64,000 bases of DNA, from NCBI GenBank assembly GCA_045614205.1, contig JAZLCL010000015.1, forward strand, positions 11,120 to 75,119, read 5' to 3'. Every line of letters begins with the position of its first letter. Position 1 is the first letter of the stretch. Source of the stretch: Alistipes sp. (lineage in GTDB: Bacteria; Bacteroidota; Bacteroidia; Bacteroidales; Rikenellaceae). A program made the position numbers and the translations under genes. Below the pieces are notes generated by a model. It was not told the DNA's origin and did no database searches. It was given only the letters and a program-made list of their open reading frames with translations. Shown one piece after another: positions 1 to 10,579 of the stretch.

Positions 1-3
1 TTA

Positions 4-1815
4 TTACTCCTTTGATGCACGCTTACGATCAACCTCCGAGAGCAAAATCTTGCGCAAACGCATAGACTTTGGTGTAATCTCCACATACTCATCCTCGCGG
101 ATATACTCCAACGCCTCCTCCAACGAGAAGATGACAGGAGGTGCAATAGAGGTCTTCTCATCAGATCCCGATGCACGCATATTGGTGAGCTGCTTTGCCT
201 TTGTCACATTCACCGTGATGTCATTAGAACGTGTATGCTCACCGATAACCTGACCGCAGTACACCTGCTCCATAGGAGAGATAAAGAACTTACCTCTATC
301 CTGAAGTTTATCTATAGAGTATGCATATGCTGTACCTGTCTCCGAGGCAATGATAGCACCAGAGGTACGATTCTCAATATCACCCATCCATGGCTCGAAG
401 TCACGGAGACGGTGTGTCATAATAGCCTCGCCAGCAGTTGCTGTAATCATCGTCGAACGAAGACCTATGATGCCTCGCGATGGAATAACAAACTCAAGGC
501 GTGTACGTTCATTCGCCGACTCCATATTAACGAGCTGACCCTTACGACGTGTTGTAAGCTCAATAACAGTACCGGCGCAATCATCTGGGCAGTCAACAGT
601 CATCTCCTCGACAGGTTCGCACTTAACGCCATCAATAATCTTCGTGATAACCTTTGGCTGACCAACCTGAAGCTCATAACCCTCGCGACGCATAGTCTCG
701 ATGAGAACAGAGAGGTGAAGCACGCCACGGCCAAAGACCATGAACGAGTCGGCATTCTGACCTGGCTCAACACGCAATGCAAGGTTCTTCTCCAACTCAC
801 GATCGAGACGTTCCTTAATATGGCGCGATGTCACATACTTACCATCCTTACCAAAGAATGGTGAGTTGTTAATGGTGAAGAGCATAGACATAGTAGGCTC
901 ATCGATGGCAATAGGAGGTAGTGGCTCGGGATCTGCAAAATCACATATAGTATCACCAATCTCGAAGCCCTCGATACCTACAATGGCACATATCTCACCG
1001 CACTCAACGCGTTCTGCCTTCGCCTTACCAAGACCCTCAAACACCATAAGGTCCTTAATCTTGGTCTTCACAAGCGTACCGTCACGCTTGGCGAGAGTCA
1101 CATTCTGACCCGCTGTGAGTGCACCACGTGTAACCTTACCTACAGCGATACGACCGACATATGGAGAGTACTCCAATGACGTAACGAGCATCTGCACGGT
1201 GCCATCAACAACCTCTGGCTCGGGAATCTCGTCGATGATAGTATCGAGCAATGGACAGATAGAGTCTGTACGTTCTGAAAGCACATGCGACATCCAGCCC
1301 TGCTTTGCCGAGCCATAGATAGTCTTATAGTCGAGCTGCTCCTCTGTAGCGCCGAGTGTAAACATGAGGTCGAACACCTGCTCGTTAACCACATCGGGAC
1401 GGCAATTCTCCTTATCCACCTTGTTAATAACGACAATAGGCTTCTTACCTAACGACAAGGCCTTCTGTAGCACGAAGCGTGTCTGTGGCATGGTACCCTC
1501 AAAGGCATCAACCAAGAGTATCACACCGTCACACATGTTCAACACACGTTCCACCTCGCCACCAAAGTCGGCGTGACCTGGGGTGTCAATGATGTTAATC
1601 TTATAGTCCTGATATATTACCGACACGTTCTTTGAGAGGATGGTGATACCACGTTCTCTCTCGATGTCGTTATTATCCATGATAAGGTCGCCACCACTAT
1701 GCTCACTCTCGCGTATCAGGTTACCCTGCATAATCATCTTATCAACGAGTGTTGTCTTGCCGTGGTCTACGTGGGCGATAATTGCAATGTTGCGTAACTT
1801 TCGCATACTAATCAT
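4..1815 (-). CDS. typA: Translational GTPase TypA/BipA
   Basis: RNIAIIAHVDHGKTT G1 motif, ERERGITI, DTPGHADF, NKVD, and BipA C-terminal K.LTNMRASG; the true start may be the second Met (1806). Confidence 0.97.
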   Translation of the reverse strand: MISMRKLRNIAIIAHVDHGKTTLVDKMIMQGNLIRESEHSGGDLIMDNNDIERERGITILSKNVSVIYQDYKINIIDTPGHADFGGEVERVLNMCDGVILLVDAFEGTMPQTRFVLQKALSLGKKPIVVINKVDKENCRPDVVNEQVFDLMFTLGATEEQLDYKTIYGSAKQGWMSHVLSERTDSICPLLDTIIDEIPEPEVVDGTVQMLVTSLEYSPYVGRIAVGKVTRGALTAGQNVTLAKRDGTLVKTKIKDLMVFEGLGKAKAERVECGEICAIVGIEGFEIGDTICDFADPEPLPPIAIDEPTMSMLFTINNSPFFGKDGKYVTSRHIKERLDRELEKNLALRVEPGQNADSFMVFGRGVLHLSVLIETMRREGYELQVGQPKVITKIIDGVKCEPVEEMTVDCPDDCAGTVIELTTRRKGQLVNMESANERTRLEFVIPSRGIIGLRSTMITATAGEAIMTHRLRDFEPWMGDIENRTSGAIIASETGTAYAYSIDKLQDRGKFFISPMEQVYCGQVIGEHTRSNDITVNVTKAKQLTNMRASGSDEKTSIAPPVIFSLEEALEYIREDEYVEITPKSMRLRKILLSEVDRKRASKE

Positions 1816-1829
1816 TTATTTAGATGCGA

Positions 1830-1837
1830 CAAAGATA
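1830..1837 (-). promoter_or_regulatory. Bacteroidota -7 promoter element (TATCTTTG) for typA
   Basis: Matches the TAnnTTTG consensus just upstream of the start codon. Confidence 0.65.
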
Positions 1838-2022
1838 CTTAAAAATTTGTTAAATGAGTAATCTCGCCACCTAAAATATACTCTCCTACGCCAATAAATA
1901 ACTCATAAAACATATATGCTATAGAGGGGCACAGAGATACACCCATCGCTAAACGCCATCTGCTATGCGCATATATTAGACAATAGCCTCAACACAGAGA
2001 TGCGACACACCCCAAACACGAC

Positions 2023-2059
2023 AAAGAAAAAGAGGTTGTTAAGCGCGCTTAACAACCTC
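2023..2059 (-). terminator. Intrinsic terminator after the M16 peptidase
   Basis: Inverted repeat GAGGTTGTTAAGC/GCTTAACAACCTC followed by a T-run on the minus strand. Confidence 0.8.
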
Positions 2060-2088
2060 CCTTCTTGTAACCGACGGTTACACATGCA

Positions 2089-4911
2089 TTACTGTGCCTC
2101 GGGGCGCATAATAACCAATGTGCGGTTGTTATCCTCCAACAACTGCGCAGCAAACGCCTTGATATCGTCGTTAGTGATGCTTGCAAGGATGTTGAGGTAA
2201 TCCTCCTTGAAGTTGTAACCCTCATCGTACCAACGTGTGATAGCAGAGATCCAACCGCTGTTGTTCTCCAACACGTTAGAGTAGTTCTTCTGCAACAACT
2301 CCTTTGCCTTTGCAATATCATCAGCCAAAGGACCCTCCTCGGCAATCTTACGAATCTCGGCGTCACAAATAGCCACCAACTCGTCAGCAAGCGCCTCGTT
2401 AGTATCGAATATGATACCAAGCATATAGTTCTCAACAGGCTCGTCGATGTTACCACCCTGAACAGATACGCCATAAGTACCACCCTTCTCCTCGCGGATA
2501 GATACCATATAACGCATATCAAGAGCACGGCTCAAAAGGTCTACGATAAGACGGTTCTTCGCGTTGTACTCCATAGGACCGCTGTAGATAAGACGTACAG
2601 AGACCTTTGGCTGCTGCATAGCAACACGGAAGTCGTTAGTAACCTCACCTGTAGCGAAACGAACACCATCATCAACGACTGCATACTCTACCTTATTAGA
2701 TGTAGGCAATGAACCGATATACTTCTCAACCAATGGACGCAAAGTCTCAAGATCAACATTACCTACGATAATGAAGCGGAAGTCATCAGCATAGCTGAAG
2801 AGCTGTGAGTGTACAGACTGCAACATAGGGATGTTGAGAGCCTCGATATCTGCAGCTGAAGTAATCTGGCGACGTACATGACCACCGAAGAGTGTATTCT
2901 GGAACTCACGACCCATGATATAGTTAGGATCAGACTCCATGTTCATGTAGTAAGGAACATACATTCTCTTCAGGTTATCGAGGTCTGTCTCGTCGAAACG
3001 TGGAGAAGTGAAGTTCAAGTAGAGGAGCTGAAGGATAGTCTCAAGATCCTTTGGTGAGCCACCTGCATATGCAGAGTGCTCATAGTCATCAACGCCAAGG
3101 CCTGCGTATGCCGACTTGCCAGAGAGCTGGCGAGCAAGCTCCGTATTAGAGAAGTCTGCGATACCTGACTGACCCATAACCATAGATAGGAATGCGCCGT
3201 GCTGGTACTCTGTATCAGAGAGCAATGAGCAACCACCATCAGATACTGCACTGATGGTAACCTCATCAGCCTTGAGTGTAGATGGACGTACTACAACCTG
3301 GATACCATTCTTCAAAGTCCACTCTGTATAACCGAGAGACTCGTTCTCAACTGTAGACTTAACCTTTGAACCCTTAAGCTTCACTGAAGGATCGATCAAA
3401 GGACGAATAACTGTGTTATCCTCATATGGCTCAAGCTCTGCAGCCTCAACCTCTGCCTTGATAGCGAGGATATCCTCCTCTGTAGGAACTACAACACCCT
3501 CCTTCTTTGGTGAACGAACGAGGATAACGAGGTTCTCGTTAGGCTTCGCCATACTTGCATAAGCAGTATTTACATCATCAACAGTGAGGCTGTTAAGGAA
3601 CATCTGATCGAGCTGCCACTCTGTCTCGGCATCCATCATAGATGTACCCTGTGCATAGTGGTCGAGGTAACGCTGTGCATAAGCGTCATTTGTAACGTCG
3701 TTGCGGTTTGTATAGGCACGCTCTGCCCAACGGAGAATCTCCTGCTTTGCACGTTCGAACTCACCAGCAGTGAAACCGTAGCGACGCATACGTTCCATCT
3801 CTGTATAGATAGTGCGGAACGCCTCGTCTGTACGACCATCGTGAGCTGTTGCAGAGAACGTTGTAGTCTCCATAGTAGGACAGATACCAAAGCCACCCTC
3901 ACTCATGCCACCACCAAGGATAGGAGCATCAGCCGCCTGTGTAATCTCCTCGAAGCGAGCATCCATCATCACAGTAACGAATGTCTGTACAAGGTCAAAT
4001 GAGTAGCCAACGATAGTATTCTTAAGCTCCTTTGGAAGGGCCTCACGACGTGCGAACATCATAACGCTTGAACGTGTCATCTCTGGGTCAGTGAAGATAG
4101 AGATGATAGGCTCCTCTGTAGCTGGAACTACGATAACCTCCTTCTGTGCTGCATCAGCTGGTGACGCTGGGATATCAGCCATGAGGGTCTTAATCTTCGC
4201 CTCAATCTGGTCTACATCGATATCACCTACGATAACGAGTGCCTGATACTCTGGACGATACCACTTCTTATAGAATGCCTCCAATGCTGTGTGGTCGAAT
4301 GACTGAAGACCATCGAGGTAACCGATGAGGTTACGGTGCTCATAGAGTGAACCCTTGAAGAGGTTACGAATCATGTCATTCTGTGCACGCAAACTTGCAC
4401 CATCACGTGTACGCAACTCCTCCATGATAACGCCACGTTCAGAGTCAATCTCTGCTGGCTGAAGGGCGATGAACTGCGACCAGTCGTGAAGGATAAGAAG
4501 TGCCAGGTCAACATTCTCCTCTGTTACAGGGCAATCCTTAATCATGTACTCTGTGCAGTCCCATGATGTGAAGGCATTGAGGTTATAACCGAACTGAACA
4601 CCTCTAGACTCGAGGCTCTCGATCATCATCTTGCCTGGGAGGTTCTTTGTGCCATTGAAGGCCATGTGCTCAAGGAAGTGAGCCAAGCCCTGCTGGTCAT
4701 CCTCCTCCTGGATAGCACCCACATCGTGGTAGATGTAGAAGCTCGCCTGACCCTTTGGCTTCTCATTGTGGCGAATGTAGTAGGTCATTCCGTTTTCGAG
4801 CTGACCTACACGCACCTCAGGATCGAGTGGCAACTGTGCCATGGGATCCTGCGCGCTGATACTCGCTACGCTAATAACAAGCGCTACGAGTGAAAGAAAC
4901 ACTTTTCTCAT
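2089..4911 (-). CDS. M16 family zinc protease (PqqL-like), secreted
   Basis: Signal peptide, inverted zinc motif HFLEHMAFNGT, NAFTS, 940 aa insulinase architecture. Confidence 0.92.
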   Translation of the reverse strand: MRKVFLSLVALVISVASISAQDPMAQLPLDPEVRVGQLENGMTYYIRHNEKPKGQASFYIYHDVGAIQEEDDQQGLAHFLEHMAFNGTKNLPGKMMIESLESRGVQFGYNLNAFTSWDCTEYMIKDCPVTEENVDLALLILHDWSQFIALQPAEIDSERGVIMEELRTRDGASLRAQNDMIRNLFKGSLYEHRNLIGYLDGLQSFDHTALEAFYKKWYRPEYQALVIVGDIDVDQIEAKIKTLMADIPASPADAAQKEVIVVPATEEPIISIFTDPEMTRSSVMMFARREALPKELKNTIVGYSFDLVQTFVTVMMDARFEEITQAADAPILGGGMSEGGFGICPTMETTTFSATAHDGRTDEAFRTIYTEMERMRRYGFTAGEFERAKQEILRWAERAYTNRNDVTNDAYAQRYLDHYAQGTSMMDAETEWQLDQMFLNSLTVDDVNTAYASMAKPNENLVILVRSPKKEGVVVPTEEDILAIKAEVEAAELEPYEDNTVIRPLIDPSVKLKGSKVKSTVENESLGYTEWTLKNGIQVVVRPSTLKADEVTISAVSDGGCSLLSDTEYQHGAFLSMVMGQSGIADFSNTELARQLSGKSAYAGLGVDDYEHSAYAGGSPKDLETILQLLYLNFTSPRFDETDLDNLKRMYVPYYMNMESDPNYIMGREFQNTLFGGHVRRQITSAADIEALNIPMLQSVHSQLFSYADDFRFIIVGNVDLETLRPLVEKYIGSLPTSNKVEYAVVDDGVRFATGEVTNDFRVAMQQPKVSVRLIYSGPMEYNAKNRLIVDLLSRALDMRYMVSIREEKGGTYGVSVQGGNIDEPVENYMLGIIFDTNEALADELVAICDAEIRKIAEEGPLADDIAKAKELLQKNYSNVLENNSGWISAITRWYDEGYNFKEDYLNILASITNDDIKAFAAQLLEDNNRTLVIMRPEAQ

Positions 4912-4981
4912 AGATCTAATAGTTAATAAGTTATATAAATAATTTTCTATTGCTTCAAGTAACTAAAGTCAATAATTCAAG

Positions 4982-5111
4982 CAAAGATAATTATTTTTGC
5001 TTAAATCACGACCATTTTAACCAGTTTTTTACTTGTAACGGCGTTTTTTTCTGCATAAGCACAATAAATTAACGTATAGCACATGTTATTATTATAGTTT
5101 TCTTATCTTTG
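4982..5111. promoter_or_regulatory. Divergent promoter pair (TATCTTTG at 4982-4989 minus and 5104-5111 plus)
   Basis: Two TAnnTTTG boxes facing the two divergent genes in an AT-rich spacer. Confidence 0.65.
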
Positions 5112-5129
5112 CAGTAAATTATTTCTAGT

Positions 5130-5855
5130 ATGGCAGAGATAACATCATACAACTACCGCATAGAACCACAAGATGTGGACTTCACACTGCGTGCATCCGT
5201 CTCATCACTAATAAACTACATGCTCAATGTTGCGGGTACAGATGCTCACAACAAGGGATTTGGTGTAGAGGTGCTTCAAGATAACTCATACACATGGGTA
5301 TTACTACGTTTTAGCATCGAGATTTCAACACGCCCAGCGCAGTATGACAACATCAACATAGAGACATGGATTAACGACTTCAACCGTCTATCCTCGACAC
5401 GTAACTTCCGCATGCAGCGCGACGGCAATACCATAGCGTCGGGTGTGTCGCAGTGGTGCGTGCTAAACATGGAGACACGCCAGTCGGTAGATATGTCGAT
5501 GATGAAGGAGGCACACGATAAGTTTATCGTAGCAGAGCCATCGCCCATAGCTACCCCAGCACGTCTACGTGCCATAGAGGCATCGACAACAGTATCTCGC
5601 CCCGTGGTATATAGCGACATCGACTTCAACCGTCATGTGAACACGTTGCGCTACGTAGACATGATATTCGACACCCTACCACTCGACATCATAGAGAAGC
5701 GCGAGGCACTACGCATGGATATTAACTTCCTCACCGAGGCTCGCTATGGTGAGGTTATATCCGTAGGCTCGGTATGTGATGGTGATAAGTGGCAGTTTGA
5801 GATATCATCTGATAGTGGCAAGACACTATGTCGTGCAATGATAGAGTTTAAGTAA
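5130..5855 (+). CDS. Acyl-ACP thioesterase (double hot-dog fold)
   Basis: DVDF, WVL.R, and SDIDFNRHVNTLRY catalytic motif. Confidence 0.9.
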   Translation: MAEITSYNYRIEPQDVDFTLRASVSSLINYMLNVAGTDAHNKGFGVEVLQDNSYTWVLLRFSIEISTRPAQYDNINIETWINDFNRLSSTRNFRMQRDGNTIASGVSQWCVLNMETRQSVDMSMMKEAHDKFIVAEPSPIATPARLRAIEASTTVSRPVVYSDIDFNRHVNTLRYVDMIFDTLPLDIIEKREALRMDINFLTEARYGEVISVGSVCDGDKWQFEISSDSGKTLCRAMIEFK

Positions 5856-5856
5856 T

Positions 5857-6999
5857 ATGACAGAGAAGAGGAGTCTTAACATAGCCGTAGTGGGTCCTGC
5901 ACACCCCTATCGCGGAGGTTTAGCATCCATCATGGAGACCATGGCACGTGAGTTTCAGTCGCGCGGCTACACCGTTAACATACTCACCTTCACGCTGCAA
6001 TACCCCAAGTTACTATTCCCCGGAAAGAGCCAGACAGTAGAGACACCACCACCAACAGACCTTAACATTCGTCGTTGTGTATCTACCATAAACCCTATAT
6101 CATGGTGGCGTGTAGGCCGTGAGCTACGACGCGCAAAGCCCGATATCATACTTATGAAGTATTGGACACCATTCATGGCGCCATGCTTCGGCACAATTGC
6201 ACGCATCGCAAGAAAAAATCGACATACAAAGGTAGTATGCCAGATTGATAATGTGAAGCCACATGAGCATCACATGACAGACGGCATATTCAACCGCTAC
6301 TATCTACGTTCGGTGGATGGATTCATATATATGTCGGAGCAGGTGCATAGCGAACTTAAGGAGTACACCTCCGCCCCAGCACTCTTCTCTCCGCACCCCA
6401 TGTTCGAAAACTTCGGCAAGCGCGTAGATAGAGATGAGGCGTGCAAGCACCTTAACCTCGACCCAGCACTACGATACACCATGTTTTTCGGACTCATACG
6501 CGACTACAAGGGTCTCGACACACTTCTTGATGCATGGGCATATTTTCGTCGTGAGGGTCATAAGTTACTTATAGCTGGTGAGTTCTACACCTCGAAAGAT
6601 AAATATATGGAGCAGATAAAACGTCTCGGCATTGAGGATGACATAATCATGCACGACCACTTTATCCCCGACGACGAGGTTAAACACTACTTCTCCGCCG
6701 CAGAGTGCGTGGTGCTGCCCTACAAGACAGCAACACAGAGTGGCGTGACACAGATATGCTACAACTTCTGCACACCCGTCATCGTAACAAACGTGGGAGG
6801 TCTCGCCGAGATTGTTCCCAACGATGTTGTAGGTTACGTATGCGAGGCATCGAAGGATGGTGTTAAGAGTGCCATGGAGAGAATATACGAAGATGGCACC
6901 ATAGCACGTCTACAGCAGGGCATGACAGAGGAACGTAAGCGCTTCTCATGGCAGGCGATGTGCGACAAGATCGAGGAGCTATACGACAAAATAAAGTAG
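5857..6999 (+). CDS. Glycosyltransferase family 4 (GT-B)
   Basis: GPAHPYRGG N-terminus, FFGLIRDYKGLD, LPYKTATQSGV, PVIVTNVGGLAE. Confidence 0.9.
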   Translation: MTEKRSLNIAVVGPAHPYRGGLASIMETMAREFQSRGYTVNILTFTLQYPKLLFPGKSQTVETPPPTDLNIRRCVSTINPISWWRVGRELRRAKPDIILMKYWTPFMAPCFGTIARIARKNRHTKVVCQIDNVKPHEHHMTDGIFNRYYLRSVDGFIYMSEQVHSELKEYTSAPALFSPHPMFENFGKRVDRDEACKHLNLDPALRYTMFFGLIRDYKGLDTLLDAWAYFRREGHKLLIAGEFYTSKDKYMEQIKRLGIEDDIIMHDHFIPDDEVKHYFSAAECVVLPYKTATQSGVTQICYNFCTPVIVTNVGGLAEIVPNDVVGYVCEASKDGVKSAMERIYEDGTIARLQQGMTEERKRFSWQAMCDKIEELYDKIK

Positions 7000-7019
7000 A
7001 TTGTATCACTACTACAAAC

Positions 7020-7064
7020 AAATAGAGTGGTTGTCCGACATATAGTTGGACAACCACTCTATTT
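7020..7064. terminator. Bidirectional intrinsic terminator between the GT4 gene and purB
   Basis: AAATAGAGTGGTTGTCCGAC...GTTGGACAACCACTCTATTT hairpin between convergent genes. Confidence 0.85.
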
Positions 7065-7079
7065 TAGACAGCTTCGAGT

Positions 7080-8378
7080 TTACTCCTTGATGCCTACTCT
7101 ATCAAAGATAAAGTCTACATTCTTGAGGTAGTACTCAAGAGTGAAGCAGCTATCAAGCTCCTCGCGGGTGAGAACTGCCATAACCTCTGGAGTCTCGGCT
7201 AGAAGCTCCTGATAGTCGGCTCTCTCACTCATAGCACGCATGGCAACAGGCTGAACTGTATCGTATGCCTTCTCGCGAGAGAAGCCCTTCTCGATAAGTG
7301 CATTCATCACACGCTGCGCGAAGATAACCTTACGTGTACGGTAGATATTCTCCTGCATAACATCCTTGAACACAACAAGATTCTCGAGGATACCACGGAA
7401 GCGGTTCAACATATAGTCGAGGAGCATTGTTGCATCTGGGAGGATAATACGTTCTGATGATGAGTGTGAGATGTCGCGTTCGTGCCACAAGGCAACATTC
7501 TCGTAGAAGGCTGCCATATAACCGCGCATAACACGTGCACAACCACACATATTCTCACTTGAGATAGGATTACGCTTGTGAGGCATTGCGCTTGAACCCT
7601 TCTGACCCTTACCAAATGACTCCTCAACCTCATGCACCTCTGTGCGCTGCAAGTTACGGATCTCCATAGCCATCTGCTCGATGCTTGATGCGATGACAGC
7701 AAGAGTTGCCATATAGTATGCGTGACGGTCACGCTGGATAACCTGTGTTGAGATGTTTGCGCTGTCGATACCGAGCTTCTCGCATACATAGTCCTGAATG
7801 AAAGGAGGGATGTTGGCGAAGTTACCAACAGCGCCAGAGATCTTACCAACCTCCACGCCGCGTGCTGCAGTAACAAAGCGGTTGAGGTTACGCTTCATCT
7901 CCTCGTACCACAACGCCCACTTTAGACCGAAGCATGTGATGTCGGCATGGATACCGTGTGTACGGCCGATGCATGGTGTATCCTTGAACTCAATGGCACG
8001 CTGACGCAACACCTCGAGCATCTTCTCGATGTCATCAAGCAAGATAGAGTTAGCCTGACGGAGGAGGTAACCGTTAGCAGTATCTACAACATCAGTACTT
8101 GTAAGGCCATAGTGTACCCACTTGCGCTCCTCACCAAGACTCTCACTCACGGCACGGGTGAAGGCAACGATATCGTGGCGTGTCTGCTGCTCAATCTCAT
8201 AGATGCGGTTCACATCGAACTTTGCATCTCTCCACAACTTCTCAACATCCTCCTTGGGGACAACGCCAAGCTGGCTCCAAGCCTCTGAAGCCAAAATCTC
8301 AACACGCAAGTATGCATCGAACTTATTCTGCTCTGTCCACACCTTGCGCATTATCTCTCTGCTATATCTTTCAATCAT
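7080..8378 (-). CDS. purB: Adenylosuccinate lyase (Bacillus-type, 432 aa)
   Basis: MIERYSR N-terminus, [13 protein letters not shown], signature [11 protein letters not shown]. Confidence 0.96.
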   Translation of the reverse strand: MIERYSREIMRKVWTEQNKFDAYLRVEILASEAWSQLGVVPKEDVEKLWRDAKFDVNRIYEIEQQTRHDIVAFTRAVSESLGEERKWVHYGLTSTDVVDTANGYLLRQANSILLDDIEKMLEVLRQRAIEFKDTPCIGRTHGIHADITCFGLKWALWYEEMKRNLNRFVTAARGVEVGKISGAVGNFANIPPFIQDYVCEKLGIDSANISTQVIQRDRHAYYMATLAVIASSIEQMAMEIRNLQRTEVHEVEESFGKGQKGSSAMPHKRNPISSENMCGCARVMRGYMAAFYENVALWHERDISHSSSERIILPDATMLLDYMLNRFRGILENLVVFKDVMQENIYRTRKVIFAQRVMNALIEKGFSREKAYDTVQPVAMRAMSERADYQELLAETPEVMAVLTREELDSCFTLEYYLKNVDFIFDRVGIKE

Positions 8379-8406
8379 AAGGCAGGTTAGTTAGTGTTTA
8401 TAATAA

Positions 8407-9261
8407 TTATTTCTTTGTCATTCTCTTCTCGAAAGCCTCAACGGTGTTCTCCATGAGGCATGCGATGGTCATAGGACCAGCACCACCAGGTACAGGGGTG
8501 ATGGCTGAAGCTACGTGCTGCGCCGCCTCAAAGTCTACATCACCACAAAGCTTACCATTACGGCTATCACGGTTTACACCTACGTCGATGACCACAGCAC
8601 CAGGCTTGATCATATCTGCTGTAACGAAGCGTTCACGACCGATAGCCACAACAAGGATGTCGGCACGGCGTGTCACCTCCGCAAGATTTGCTGTCTTTGA
8701 GTGCGCAACGGTCACCGTGGCATTCTCATTGAGCAACAACTTGGCAACAGGCTGGCCAACGATATTACTGCGACCAACAACCACAGCCTCCTTACCAGCA
8801 ATATCAACGCCCGCAAACTTCAACAGCTTGACAATACCCTTGGGCGTACATGGCAAGATGCATGGCTGCTTGAGCCATAGGCTTGCAACATTCAATGGAT
8901 GGAAGGCATCCACATCCTTCTCTGGTGAGATGGCAGCGATGACCTTCTGCTCGTCGATATGCTTTGGGAGAGGCAACTGCACGAGGATGCCATCTACATC
9001 ATCGTCGTTGTTCAACTCCGCAACAATGCCCAACAGTTCCTCCTCGGTGATGCTTACATCGCGACGCAACGTAGTGTTACGTATACCCACCTCTGTAGCG
9101 GCCTTCGCCTTACCTGTGACATACGATACACTACCGGGATCATCGCCAACGAGCACCACGACAAGGTTAGGTGTGCGACCGTGCTCCTTCTCTAGAGCCA
9201 CGACCTTCTCTGCAAGACCCTCCTTTATCGACTTGGATAACTCTTTACCGTTTATAATCAT
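8407..9261 (-). CDS. folD: Methylene-THF dehydrogenase/cyclohydrolase
   Basis: DGILVQLPLP, EKDVD, PCTPKG, GRSNIVG, TPVPGG.GPMT. Confidence 0.96.
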   Translation of the reverse strand: MIINGKELSKSIKEGLAEKVVALEKEHGRTPNLVVVLVGDDPGSVSYVTGKAKAATEVGIRNTTLRRDVSITEEELLGIVAELNNDDDVDGILVQLPLPKHIDEQKVIAAISPEKDVDAFHPLNVASLWLKQPCILPCTPKGIVKLLKFAGVDIAGKEAVVVGRSNIVGQPVAKLLLNENATVTVAHSKTANLAEVTRRADILVVAIGRERFVTADMIKPGAVVIDVGVNRDSRNGKLCGDVDFEAAQHVASAITPVPGGAGPMTIACLMENTVEAFEKRMTKK

Positions 9262-9285
9262 ACATTAACATTTTAAATTAATCAT

Positions 9286-10530
9286 TTAGCGGAATGCCTT
9301 GGCTCCTATATCCGTACGATGGAATAGGTTGTCGCACTCTATGAGTGCAACATCCGCCTCTGCCTTCTGCTGTGCCTGGCGAAGTGTAGGAGCCTGGGCA
9401 ACAACAATCATCACACGGCCACCAGCTGTAACAAGCTCGCCATCCTTCATGGCAGTGCCCATATGGTAAATCTTCGACTCTACATTTTCTGTGCCACGGA
9501 TAGCAAAGCCCTTGGCATAGTCACCAGGATAACCCTTCGAGGCTAGCACAATGCCCAATGTAGCACCCTCCGACCACTCTGCCACAGGCTGCTCATCGCT
9601 GGCAACAGCCATAAATACATCTATAGCATCACTCTTCAAGCGTGGCAACACGACCTCTGTCTCGGGGTCACCAAAGCGCGCGTTAAACTCGATGACCTTG
9701 ATGCCACCAGGCGTCTTCATAAGACCACCATATAGGACACCAGTGAATGGTGTACCCTCCTCAACCATAGCATCCGCAACACGCTGCATGATGTTAGTCA
9801 TAGCGTACTCGTGATCCTCGGCAGTGATAAAAGGCAACTCTGTATATGCGCCCATACCGCCTGTATTAGGACCCTCATCATTATCATATGCACGCTTATG
9901 GTCCTGCGCAACAGGCATAGCGCATATCTTACGACCAGCAACGAAGCACATAAGCGAGAACTCCTCACCTGTAAGGAACTCCTCGATAACGACTCTACCC
10001 TCACCAAACTTTGTGTCGAGGAGCATATCGCGAAGTGTAGCCTCCGCCTCCTCCATAGTGGTTGCTATGACAACACCCTTACCCGCAGCAAGACCGTCAT
10101 ACTTCAACACCGTAGGCAACGAGCCCTTACGAACATATGCCATAGCCTCCTCAAAGTCGCTAAATGTAGCGTATGCAGCAGTAGGCACATCATACTTGAT
10201 CATGAGTCGCTTTGCGAAGTCCTTACTTGCCTCGATCTCGGCAGCAGCCTTCGTAGGACCAAATATCTTAAGACCTGCAGCGCGGAATCTATCAACAATA
10301 CCTACAGCCAACGCAGCCTCGGGACCTACAACGGTGAGGTCTACACCCTTCTCCTGGGCAAAGGCGAGGAGCTGATCCACATCTGTATCCTTGATAGCGA
10401 CACACTCGGCAAGCGCAGCAATACCAGCATTACCTGGTGCTGCATATATCTTCGAGGTCTTGGGCGAACGCGAGATAGCCTCAACAATGGCGTGCTCACG
10501 ACCACCCGAACCAACAACTAATACTTTCAT
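9286..10530 (-). CDS. purD: Phosphoribosylamine-glycine ligase
   Basis: GSGGREHA, DGLAAGKGV, QDHKR, GPNTGGMG, EFNARFGDPE. Confidence 0.97.
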   Translation of the reverse strand: MKVLVVGSGGREHAIVEAISRSPKTSKIYAAPGNAGIAALAECVAIKDTDVDQLLAFAQEKGVDLTVVGPEAALAVGIVDRFRAAGLKIFGPTKAAAEIEASKDFAKRLMIKYDVPTAAYATFSDFEEAMAYVRKGSLPTVLKYDGLAAGKGVVIATTMEEAEATLRDMLLDTKFGEGRVVIEEFLTGEEFSLMCFVAGRKICAMPVAQDHKRAYDNDEGPNTGGMGAYTELPFITAEDHEYAMTNIMQRVADAMVEEGTPFTGVLYGGLMKTPGGIKVIEFNARFGDPETEVVLPRLKSDAIDVFMAVASDEQPVAEWSEGATLGIVLASKGYPGDYAKGFAIRGTENVESKIYHMGTAMKDGELVTAGGRVMIVVAQAPTLRQAQQKAEADVALIECDNLFHRTDIGAKAFR

Positions 10531-10579
10531 ACCTTTTTAACCTATTAAGAATAAAAGTTTCTATTTATAACACAACATA

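Noticed and set aside
8444-9268. Long antisense ORFs (8444-9268, 9811-10521, 12100-12735, 53376-54065, 50201-50788 and others)
   Set aside because: Shadows of well-supported genes on the opposite strand with no recognisable motifs
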